Shown here one piece after another: positions 47,535 to 54,992 of a stretch of 54,992 nt of DNA. Origin of the DNA: a virus (Duplodnaviria > Caudoviricetes); IMG/VR virus record IMGVR_UViG_3300027586_001442, positions 1-54,992 of that record; one strand, given 5' to 3'. Position 1 is the stretch's first letter; the number at the start of each line of letters is the position of its first letter. The translations under genes were made by a program, and so were the position numbers. The notes beneath the pieces are model-generated. The model was not told where the DNA came from and searched no databases. It saw nothing but the letters and a program-made list of their open reading frames with translations.

Positions 47535-48481
47535 CGGAGTGGGAGAGGTATGTAATTGGCACCGAACTCCCCCCCCGTACCGCCCCACTCCGTGATCGGA
47601 ATCGTCTGGGCGTATGCCGGGCCGAATAAAAGCTCGTTGAACATAGAGTTATCGGGAAGGATTTTGTAGTAGGGCTGCTGCCCGCTCTTCCCATGGCTCT
47701 CCGCGAACTTCTTGAGGAACTCCCCGACGGTCATCTCCTTGTCGCCCCGGACGGCCTTGAAGGTGGATGCGAGCCTTGCCGCAAACGCCCCCCGGACAGA
47801 CAGGTCTTCGACACTAGAGGAACTTATGATCAATATCTGATCATAAGCCCCCGAATCCTCTCCGTAATCTATCTCGGAATCAAAAATCCGTCCGTTTCCC
47901 GGCACGACATTCATGAAGAAGGCTGTGAAAGGAAGTTCCTTGCGGGAGTAGGAGGAGGGAAGTTCGGGAAGGAATGAAGTCGGCTTCGCCGTCTTGATCC
48001 CCCGCAGCAAATCCCCGTCCTGTTTCAGACTGTCCTGGATGCTCCCTTCGGCATGGCATGTGTCTACAAGGAGTATGAGCCGGCCTATGGTCTTTCCAGA
48101 CTTCTTGAGAGCCGCCAGCCCCTTGCCAAACTTGAAGCTTCCTCCCTCGGCAGTCATGCCAAATCTGTCTCCGCTTCCTCCTCCGTGGCTGTTGAAGTAA
48201 AGAAGTAGCGTGGCGTTCTCATCAAGATTTGAGGCTAGTTCCGTCATCTTTGAATAGATGAACGACGACGACACGTTGTGGTGCCTGCCAACGGAAAATC
48301 CAAGCGAACCGTCCTTGAATATGCTCTCCATGAGGTCTAGGTTCCTCAATCTCCCATCCTCGTTCGTCATCGTGAAGAGAGCCGCCACATTATTGGCGGA
48401 TGGGTCTATTGCTATTCCCGTCTTCTCTTGGGCATGAGCCACCCCGCACATCAGAATCAAAATAAACACAATAGTTTTCAT
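47531..48481 (-). CDS. Caspase/clan CD family peptidase with signal peptide
   Basis: LLLYFNSHGG (catalytic His) and LLVDTCHAEG (catalytic Cys); N-terminus MKTIVFILILMCGVAHA. Confidence 0.75.
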   Translation of the reverse strand: MKTIVFILILMCGVAHAQEKTGIAIDPSANNVAALFTMTNEDGRLRNLDLMESIFKDGSLGFSVGRHHNVSSSFIYSKMTELASNLDENATLLLYFNSHGGGSGDRFGMTAEGGSFKFGKGLAALKKSGKTIGRLILLVDTCHAEGSIQDSLKQDGDLLRGIKTAKPTSFLPELPSSYSRKELPFTAFFMNVVPGNGRIFDSEIDYGEDSGAYDQILIISSSSVEDLSVRGAFAARLASTFKAVRGDKEMTVGEFLKKFAESHGKSGQQPYYKILPDNSMFNELLFGPAYAQTIPITEWGGTGGEFGANYIPLPLR

Positions 48482-48483
48482 TT

Positions 48484-48636
48484 TCAGTTTCCTTCTATTT
48501 CTTTAAACTCGTTGGGCGAGAACGCGACAACATCGCCGCTATCCAGCCATATTTCATACAAATTTGCATTCAACCTTCTTGTGATGCACCCTCTTTCGCC
48601 CGTCTCATTAATTATCACGACTGCGCAGTTTGCCAT
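48484..48636 (-). CDS. Small hypothetical protein (50 aa)
   Basis: Below the track cutoff; manual translation MANCAVVIINETGERGCITRRLNANLYEIWLDSGDVVAFSPNEFKEIEGN with AAGGA RBS; fills the operon gap. Confidence 0.6.
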   Translation of the reverse strand: MANCAVVIINETGERGCITRRLNANLYEIWLDSGDVVAFSPNEFKEIEGN

Positions 48637-49063
48637 TATTCCTTCCGAGGTGACTTATAAGTTTGTTAGCAATTTCGTTCGTCATTCCCACGTCCGGGTC
48701 GGTCATGAAAAATTTCTTGCCCGCACCGCATCCGGCGTCGGGATCGCAATCCAAGATCGCGTACTTCTTCACTTTCGGATGCCTATCAAGCCACTCGCTT
48801 ATCTCGTCGCATCTGTGGCTTGCCGCGATCTTCTTGGTCCAGTCTAAGAGTTTTATTCCAAACCTTGATAAGGAGGCTTTTACAAGGTTCCTGTTTCGCT
48901 CTTGAAGCCTCCTTATGGAACTCAAAACGACCTCGGATCCCGTCTTGTTCACTACGGTAGCAAGAAGTTCTAGAAGGCCTTCGTCTATGTAATCAAATCC
49001 ATAATGGTAGATCAGAACATGGCTGTTCAAAACACCATCCACATCAAGAAAAATGACTTTCAA
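48608..49063 (-). CDS. HAD phosphatase of the Swiss-army-knife RNA-repair type (HAD_SAK-like)
   Basis: KVIFLDVDGVLN...VVLSS..R...RCDEISEWL...YAILD; GGAGG before TTG 49063. Confidence 0.8.
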   Translation of the reverse strand: MKVIFLDVDGVLNSHVLIYHYGFDYIDEGLLELLATVVNKTGSEVVLSSIRRLQERNRNLVKASLSRFGIKLLDWTKKIAASHRCDEISEWLDRHPKVKKYAILDCDPDAGCGAGKKFFMTDPDVGMTNEIANKLISHLGRNNGKLRSRDN

Positions 49064-49263
49064 AACCACCTCCCGCAAACATATCCTAGTGGGAAAAAAT
49101 TATTTTGAAAACACAATGAGACAAAGTACCAGAATTAGCGAAAAAATAAACATCCAACGCAAGGGAAGTATTTTGTGTCTGTCCACCATGGGTTCACTCC
49201 GACGAATGATATTGCATTCTACAATGAAATCTATATGATTGCAATCTCATCAAAAAACAAAAT

Positions 49264-50304
49264 ATGCGTCTCTTGGAACTTTTCTCCGGTATAGGAGCCC
49301 AGTCAAAAGCCCTGAAGAATCTGGGCGTGGATCATCAGGCGATAGCGTGTGAAATTGACAAGCGCATACACGCGGTTTACGAGTCAATCCACGGACCCAC
49401 GCCAAACTTGGGCGATATAACTAAAGTTCAGTCTTTGCCGGAATGCGATATTCTCACCTACTCTTTTCCTTGCCAGGATCTCTCCATACTGGGCAACAGA
49501 AAGGGTCTGGAAAGGAATTCCGGAACGCGTTCAAGCCTTCTGTGGGAGGTGGAGAGATTGCTCAGGGCGAGCGACAGACTGCCTGATATTCTCGTCCTTG
49601 AAAATGTGAAACAGCTCGCATCTCCGAAACACACGGCGAATTTTCAGCTCTGGCTTAAGACATTAGAGAGCATCGGGTACAAAAACTCGTGGAAGGTCGT
49701 CAGTTCCGGGGACTTTGGGCTCCCCCAGAAAAGGGAGAGGGTCTTCGTGGTATCCTCTTTGAAAGAGGAGTTCGTTTTCTCCGAGGGATCAAAGGGGGCG
49801 AGGTTGGGGGAGTTCATGAAGGGCGACGCCGAAGTCCGTGCCGAATACGGCGACAGTCTCCATTTCAGATGTCCTAAGATGGCGGAAAGAATCTGGAAGA
49901 CAATAAACAACACCCAGTCCACGAACAGCACCAACAGGATTTACGGGAAAAAGGGAGTCACGCACGCCCTCACTACGCAGGGAAGCCATCCTGGCAACTT
50001 CGGGGCCGTACTTTACTCATCGGAACTAGACGACAATTTCCCATTGCGTGAAAAGACCAAGGGATTGAGCATGGAAAATCTCAAAAAGAAGAGCCTTGGT
50101 TTTGATATCAATTCCATAAGGCTAATGTCCCCTAGGGAGTCCATGCTTCTGATGGGATTCTCCGAGGAGGATTGCAATAATGCCAAGCAACACATGAAGG
50201 ATAGAAAGATGAAAGAAACATTCCTCTACCATGTTGCCGGCAACAGCATAGCCGTTCCCGTTCTGGAATCCATATTCAACTCTATTTTAGGCGGCTCCGA
50301 ATGA
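49264..50304 (+). CDS. DNA (cytosine-5) methyltransferase, orphan
   Basis: LELFSGIGA, SFPCQ, LENV, PQKRERVF, AGNSI motifs. Confidence 0.95.
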   Translation: MRLLELFSGIGAQSKALKNLGVDHQAIACEIDKRIHAVYESIHGPTPNLGDITKVQSLPECDILTYSFPCQDLSILGNRKGLERNSGTRSSLLWEVERLLRASDRLPDILVLENVKQLASPKHTANFQLWLKTLESIGYKNSWKVVSSGDFGLPQKRERVFVVSSLKEEFVFSEGSKGARLGEFMKGDAEVRAEYGDSLHFRCPKMAERIWKTINNTQSTNSTNRIYGKKGVTHALTTQGSHPGNFGAVLYSSELDDNFPLREKTKGLSMENLKKKSLGFDINSIRLMSPRESMLLMGFSEEDCNNAKQHMKDRKMKETFLYHVAGNSIAVPVLESIFNSILGGSE

Positions 50305-50476
50305 AGGATGCGGTTTCCGCCACTCCTTTTGCCAAATAGCTGAAGCACATGAGCGATATGGCAAAAAAGGGAAGTCCTTCGGATATCTTGCCGCTTGAGA
50401 TGTATACAAGACCCAGCCACGAGGTCAGTATGACCGGCTCAAGGGCCACAAGAAAAACAAGCACTTTGAACATCAT
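50282..50476 (-). CDS. Small two-TM membrane protein
   Basis: Two hydrophobic segments; ATGA-coupled. Confidence 0.55.
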   Translation of the reverse strand: MMFKVLVFLVALEPVILTSWLGLVYISSGKISEGLPFFAISLMCFSYLAKGVAETASFIRSRLK

Positions 50477-50901
50477 TCACCTGCTTTGCTCACTGAGAGC
50501 ATTGAGTTCTCTATCCTTTCTAGGGTGGCTTTTGCCGTCCTTATCTCGCCATCCTTGTTCATATATCCGGGCCTTCCCGGCATCGTTTCTGGGGCGTTGG
50601 CAATTATATGGCGAGCAAGTTCTCCGAGGTTTGCAATCTCCTCGTTGGATGCCTTCACCGTAACCCAGTCGACGCTGTCGCCGCGCCGGTACAGCAGTTT
50701 TTCGGCAAGATGATATCTCGGCCCCACGTACCGATTGAAAACGTTGTAGGTGTCGTAGCCTAGCCTTATAGGTATGATTTGGAATTCGTCTTGCTTGGGA
50801 AGAATCTTGAAATGTCCTCTCTGTGAGACCGGGGCTTTGGCCGGAACATCAAACTCCGGATTGATGGATATCTCATGAAGAAATTCGCCGAATGTGATCA
50901 T
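50473..50901 (-). CDS. Hypothetical protein, putative internal head protein
   Basis: Likely start MITFGEFLHE at 50901, 4 nt after TATATA. Confidence 0.7.
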   Translation of the reverse strand: MITFGEFLHEISINPEFDVPAKAPVSQRGHFKILPKQDEFQIIPIRLGYDTYNVFNRYVGPRYHLAEKLLYRRGDSVDWVTVKASNEEIANLGELARHIIANAPETMPGRPGYMNKDGEIRTAKATLERIENSMLSVSKAGE

Positions 50902-50972
50902 GGAGTATATAAGCATTTCAAATGGAGGATGCCAAAATGTGCAAATGCGAATGTCTGCCGCGCAAGAAGTAA

Positions 50973-53078
50973 TTACTTCTTGCCGCCGAAAACACGCTTG
51001 ACGAACTCGTGGGACATGTCCCTGACCTTCTGATCGTAAACGAAGGCGTCCAGCAGTACGCCGTAGGTCTTGCCATATTTCTTGGAGGGTGCGCCCTTCT
51101 CCAATGAGTCTGTTACGTAGTCAAACATCTCAAGCGTCTTGTCCTTCATTTCCTCGTAATGCTTGGGATTCATGGGATTCTTAAAGTCCTTGACGACTTC
51201 AGCAACATCCATGTTCTTTACCTCCTCGCGCTTCTTCTTCAGAAACGGCAGGAATGGCCGTCCATTTTCAAATAGACTTGAAATCCCCCATCCTAGAGTT
51301 CCTATGCCTCCTGCCTCTTCCCATTTCGGAAGCAAGCCCTCGTAAAATCTCTGTACGGTAGGCGTGTCTGTGTTTGTGATGCCGAAGACATGAATGGCAT
51401 GCCTTACCACGGTATTCTTGGATTGGATCGCCTGTGAAGCGTGTTTTTTAGCGACATCGTCGTACATTTGATTGTCCCATCGGTACTCGCCGTTGGGCGA
51501 AAGTTTTAGTCGGTCGGCTCCGTTCGCAAAGTCCACGAGCCTTCTCGCGAGCCTGTCGGGGATCGGCTTGAAGCTGGATATCTTGTCCATGGTTGTTGTG
51601 ATATTGTGTTGGATCTCCCACACACTCCTAGCGCCACCCCTTCCCGAGAGCGCGTCAGGATCGCCTTCCCTCACGGAAAAATCAGGGTTGTCCAGTTTCA
51701 GATTCTGCTCAACATCGTCTTCCAGCATGGCAAGGTGATGTGATGAAAGGGATGGAACCTTTTCGGCTATGCGCGAGGCCATCCTAGAGTCCTTCGCGGC
51801 CCTGAGCATATCCTTTTCGGCGAACTGGGGGAATTCCTCCGCAAGTTTTTCTGCCATCTCGGCCTGGTTTGCATTGTTTATGGCGTAGGTGAACGCGTGT
51901 ACGAAATGAGGCTTTGTTATGACTTCTGGGAACCTGAGCGCGAACTTCGGAACGAACTGTTGGGTGTTCTGGTTCCATCCCTTTTTCACGAGTATGGTGG
52001 ATCCTTCAAAACCACGACGCGATCCATACTCATACTCGGGTTCTTCGCCCGTTTGTTTGCCAAAAAGGAAATCCCTGACCTTGAGAACGAAGTCCTTGGG
52101 ATAATCGCCCCTTGAAGAAACCAATGACGCAAGAGCCTGAATCACGTATCGCGAATAGCGGGACTGCTTGTCTCTCTTCATGCCCATCCACTTGTTTATC
52201 CATCTCATTATCGTCTCATTGTCCTCGGATTCAGGCCTCACAAAATGGCCGCGATCCGATCCGAAGGTGTCCGAATAGGCTCCGCCGACCCTCTTGTAGG
52301 GTCCTGGCTTTAAATTGCCCTGAACCTTTTCAAGCCAGGACCTGACGGTCTGTAGGAAGCCCTCTTTGTCCGTGCCATAGACGCTTTCCTCTGGGACGGC
52401 CACCGATCGCCCGGACTTGTTGTCAAATCTTCTGATGTGGATTCTAGCTAGAGGCCTCTTTACATCTTGGTCTTCCTTGCGTATCAGGTAAGAAACGAAG
52501 CCTCCGTTCCTCACCTCGCAGTAGACATCCTTCTTGTGCGCCCCGTCCTGAAGATTCATGCACGAGCTCCAACCCCTGCCCGTACTCATGCTTGCGAGGT
52601 CGTGCGGATTCATGCTGACGACGATTGATAGTTCGGAACCGGCTCTGAACGTCATATTCTCAAATTCGGACTTGGTTTCCTCGTAGTGCTTTTCTGTCAG
52701 CTTCTTTTCCGAATCGTATTTGATTTGAGACACCTCGCCGGCAACCCTCTGCCTCTCCAGTTCCTTGATGTCCTTGTACCGAAGGGTATCCAGAAGCTTT
52801 CCGACCCTAACAAGGTTGTTCTTGCCCTTCTGCCGGGCATATCCGGCCTTGATGTCAACCAGTTCGTAGCCGTGGTCGGCCAGGGTTACGCCCAGCCAAT
52901 GAACGACCTTCTTGTCCTCGTCCGACATGTCGTCAGATGCGAAGGGCAGAAATATCCTCCCGTTCTGGTCTGCGTCCGCGAACAGATGTCTGAATGCAAA
53001 GCTCCTCGGCTGAGCATCTATTCTTGCCTTGTAAGGCTCGTACTCCTCTATCCCCTCAAGCCACGCCTTGAATTCCAT
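50973..53078 (-). CDS. Large hypothetical protein with SMS.GRGWSSCM domain, putative internal head protein
   Basis: 701-aa ORF; MEFKAWLEGIEE start; SMNPHDLASMSTGRGWSSCMNL...PLARIHI...VYG. Confidence 0.8.
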   Translation of the reverse strand: MEFKAWLEGIEEYEPYKARIDAQPRSFAFRHLFADADQNGRIFLPFASDDMSDEDKKVVHWLGVTLADHGYELVDIKAGYARQKGKNNLVRVGKLLDTLRYKDIKELERQRVAGEVSQIKYDSEKKLTEKHYEETKSEFENMTFRAGSELSIVVSMNPHDLASMSTGRGWSSCMNLQDGAHKKDVYCEVRNGGFVSYLIRKEDQDVKRPLARIHIRRFDNKSGRSVAVPEESVYGTDKEGFLQTVRSWLEKVQGNLKPGPYKRVGGAYSDTFGSDRGHFVRPESEDNETIMRWINKWMGMKRDKQSRYSRYVIQALASLVSSRGDYPKDFVLKVRDFLFGKQTGEEPEYEYGSRRGFEGSTILVKKGWNQNTQQFVPKFALRFPEVITKPHFVHAFTYAINNANQAEMAEKLAEEFPQFAEKDMLRAAKDSRMASRIAEKVPSLSSHHLAMLEDDVEQNLKLDNPDFSVREGDPDALSGRGGARSVWEIQHNITTTMDKISSFKPIPDRLARRLVDFANGADRLKLSPNGEYRWDNQMYDDVAKKHASQAIQSKNTVVRHAIHVFGITNTDTPTVQRFYEGLLPKWEEAGGIGTLGWGISSLFENGRPFLPFLKKKREEVKNMDVAEVVKDFKNPMNPKHYEEMKDKTLEMFDYVTDSLEKGAPSKKYGKTYGVLLDAFVYDQKVRDMSHEFVKRVFGGKK

Positions 53079-53083
53079 GCGAA

Positions 53084-53089
53084 TATATA
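53084..53089 (-). promoter_or_regulatory. TATATA motif 5 nt upstream of ATG
   Basis: TCTATATATTCGC-ATG; same geometry at 50906 and 54822. Confidence 0.55.
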
Positions 53090-53091
53090 GA

Positions 53092-53829
53092 TTATGCCCG
53101 CAAATATCGCAGAAGTTCGTCGCATTCGGAAAGACCCTTGTAGTTCCTCTGCTCGTCCGACATGGCCTCTATCACCTCTGCAAGGCGGAGTTTGTCCACA
53201 TTCTTCACGAGATACTGTCTCAATATGAAAAGGCAGAAATTGTGTTTTGAAAAGCCAACGGTCACCTGACGCTCCACCTTTATAAGGACCTTCGGGTTGT
53301 TCGGATCAAACTTGCTGTACGGCAGCCTCGGATGAAAGTTGTGGCGTTCGTCATGAACCACGCTCCATACGAACCTCTCAAAAATCCCCCCGTGGATCAT
53401 TGCATGAACAAGTTTCTTGCTGTTATTTAGGTTCATCGGAACCGGCTGGTGAATCTCGTCAAACGATCGTCCGATCTTGTCTTCGGGACGCCAGTGGCTT
53501 GCGAAGCAAACATGGGCGCTGCTCAGCCAGTCCTTGTCGCCATCCATTCTGTGTATCAGGAAGTCCTCGGGAGCCTCCCTCGCGATTTCAAAATAGTCCC
53601 GCCCAACAAATGGACGCGGGTAGTTCTTTGATATCCAATCCGCACATGTTTCATAGATTGAAGGATCGTGGTTCGCCTCCATGAAGCAGTACTGATTTCT
53701 TAATGCCTCGTCCTTCTCGCACATGATGGAATCCATGTCGGAACAGCCCCTCTCGAAGACCTCGCCCTCGGTCAACTTTTTCAGATTGGGAAGCGTGCTG
53801 TATCCCTTCTTGTACACATCTTCATACAT
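53092..53829 (-). CDS. DUF3445 / heme-dependent oxidative N-demethylase alpha-subunit-like protein
   Basis: EDFLI...HVCFASHWRPEDKIGRSFDEIHQPVP...ERFVWSV...VERQ...YKGL; start placed at MYEDVY (53829) to avoid overlap, so the start is uncertain. Confidence 0.78.
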   Translation of the reverse strand: MYEDVYKKGYSTLPNLKKLTEGEVFERGCSDMDSIMCEKDEALRNQYCFMEANHDPSIYETCADWISKNYPRPFVGRDYFEIAREAPEDFLIHRMDGDKDWLSSAHVCFASHWRPEDKIGRSFDEIHQPVPMNLNNSKKLVHAMIHGGIFERFVWSVVHDERHNFHPRLPYSKFDPNNPKVLIKVERQVTVGFSKHNFCLFILRQYLVKNVDKLRLAEVIEAMSDEQRNYKGLSECDELLRYLRA

Positions 53830-53860
53830 ATGCTTAAACGAGCTCCCATCAAAGGAAAAC

Positions 53861-54442
53861 ATGTTGCCGATTATGTTCCTGTTGTATTTTTCACCCATAC
53901 TGGCCTTGTATCTCTTGATTTGCCTGACATCCCCGTTCATCAAGGTCGGCCAGAAAAAGCCGGGGAAGGGAATCAAATTCCACATCGTCAGAAACATGAT
54001 CCACTCGGACTACCTGTTTGACTCCAAACTTTGGAAGGACATGTTTCCAACCAAAGGCAAGTATGTGAAGATAGGATGGGGAGACAGAAAGATTTTCCTA
54101 GAAACAAAGACCTGGAACGATCTCCGGATAGAAGACGTCCTGACAGCCTTTTTCGGACTCAACAAGACTGTGCTGAAGGTGGAATTCATGGAGGAGATTC
54201 CCAGCGGGTCAAAACCCATGGAGATAGACGAAAGACAACTTGCAGTAATCAAGGAACATGTAAAATATTCCTTTCGCGGAAAACCAATAGAGAAAAAGGC
54301 GACCCACTGCCAGACGGGAGATTATTACGAGTCCGGCCTCAGATACAACTGCTTCACCAACTGCAACAACTGGGTCAACTACGGGCTTTACCTCGGCAGG
54401 GCAACAAACAGAATATGGTGTCCGTTCAGTTTCTGGATCTAA
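53861..54442 (+). CDS. DUF2459 (TIGR02117-like) membrane-anchored protein
   Basis: N-terminal TM; IHSD...IGWGDRKIFLETKTW...Y..FTNCNNWV; AAGGA before ATG 53861. Confidence 0.72.
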   Translation: MLPIMFLLYFSPILALYLLICLTSPFIKVGQKKPGKGIKFHIVRNMIHSDYLFDSKLWKDMFPTKGKYVKIGWGDRKIFLETKTWNDLRIEDVLTAFFGLNKTVLKVEFMEEIPSGSKPMEIDERQLAVIKEHVKYSFRGKPIEKKATHCQTGDYYESGLRYNCFTNCNNWVNYGLYLGRATNRIWCPFSFWI

Positions 54443-54444
54443 AA

Positions 54445-54816
54445 TCAGTGAAGGAAAACAGCCTTCCTCCACCAGTTATTACCCAACAATAAGAAGCCAC
54501 GATGTATATAATTTGATGCATCATCGGGCGCCACAAATTCACACACGCCAGCACCATCATAAGCAATGTAATCATCATGGCCTGGCAACTTCGCTATGAA
54601 CTTTGAACCTTGATTCATCACCTTGCCATCGTTGTTCACAGTAGAGGGACTTTTCTCAAATTGCATGTCCACAGATGATACCAGATTATTTCCTATCATC
54701 AAATCATGAGGAAAGCTGAAACTTGCCATTTCAAAGTACCGCCGAAATGCCATGATACCAGTATCATCGCACTCTTTTAGGAAGTCAAGTTTGCTGCCGA
54801 CATGTTCGTTCTTCAT
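54445..54816 (-). CDS. Hypothetical protein
   Basis: ORF with TATATA 5 nt upstream of the ATG; alternative start MAFRRYFE at 54753. Confidence 0.65.
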   Translation of the reverse strand: MKNEHVGSKLDFLKECDDTGIMAFRRYFEMASFSFPHDLMIGNNLVSSVDMQFEKSPSTVNNDGKVMNQGSKFIAKLPGHDDYIAYDGAGVCEFVAPDDASNYIHRGFLLLGNNWWRKAVFLH

Positions 54817-54961
54817 ACTGTTATATATCTATACTCGGCGGCGGGAGAACGCGCAACAGCGCCATGGAAGAGGCGTTCTGGAAAAGAAAATTAATTTACC
54901 CCTCTAGCCAAGGATAGATATATGCAGGACAGGGATGTCCGAACATGGCAAGGAGGTCTCT

Positions 54962-54992
54962 ATGAAAACAGGAATTATTTTGCTTATTTCGG
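54962..54992 (+). CDS. Start of a gene running off the window (possible signal peptide)
   Basis: AAGGAGG RBS, then ATG MKTGIILLIS. Confidence 0.55.
   Translation, partial: MKTGIILLIS

Noticed and set aside
34109-48481. Patatin and caspase as a CBASS/Avs-type defence island
   Set aside because: They are 13 kb apart, no cyclase, STAND or sensor gene is nearby, and the caspase has a signal peptide.
49080-49263. tRNA or structured RNA in the largest AT-rich gap
   Set aside because: No cloverleaf or T-loop motif is visible; it looks like a divergent promoter region (possible TTGCAT-16-TATGAT).
49264-50304. Restriction-modification system
   Set aside because: No adjacent endonuclease-like ORF; orphan methyltransferases are common in large phages.
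53723-53997. Long antiparallel overlap of two coding genes
   Set aside because: It comes from the track choosing the most upstream starts; starts at 53829(-) and 53861(+) remove the overlap.
1-54992. Stop-codon reassignment
   Set aside because: Code 11 gives dense, full-length genes, and TAG, TGA and TAA all end genes at sensible, often coupled, positions.

Overview
This 55-kb window looks like part of a large lytic myovirus (T4-like/jumbo-type) genome read in genetic code 11. I see no tRNA, rRNA, CRISPR array, integrase or reverse transcriptase. The left half (1-24.9 kb, minus strand) is a contractile-tail module: gp2-like DNA end protector, tape measure, tube initiator, LysM/gp53, hub, spike, gp25, gp6/J, gp7/I-like wedge, then fibre/PKD proteins. 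The right half is accessory: CCA-adding enzyme, GT95/GT96-like glycosyltransferase, DUF6065, patatin, SET domain, BCS1-like AAA, ArdC-like protein, secreted caspase-like protease, HAD, C5 methyltransferase, DUF3445, DUF2459, and two large mosaic adhesin-like proteins. The strongest signals are: (1) FGE/C-type-lectin domains, two of them circularly permuted, whose ligand-binding segments show a DGR-like codon signature although no RT or template is in the window; (2) several proteins built from swappable domains joined by Pro-Thr/poly-Ser linkers, near a plant-type O-glycosyltransferase homologue; (3) about ten proteins, including the CCA enzyme and ArdC, with a T4 capsid-targeting-like N-terminus; (4) a palindromic TATATA motif, often 4-7 nt before an ATG, suggesting bidirectional and leaderless late transcription. 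All family calls come from motif recognition by eye, not database searches. A Planctomycetota-like host is only an inference.
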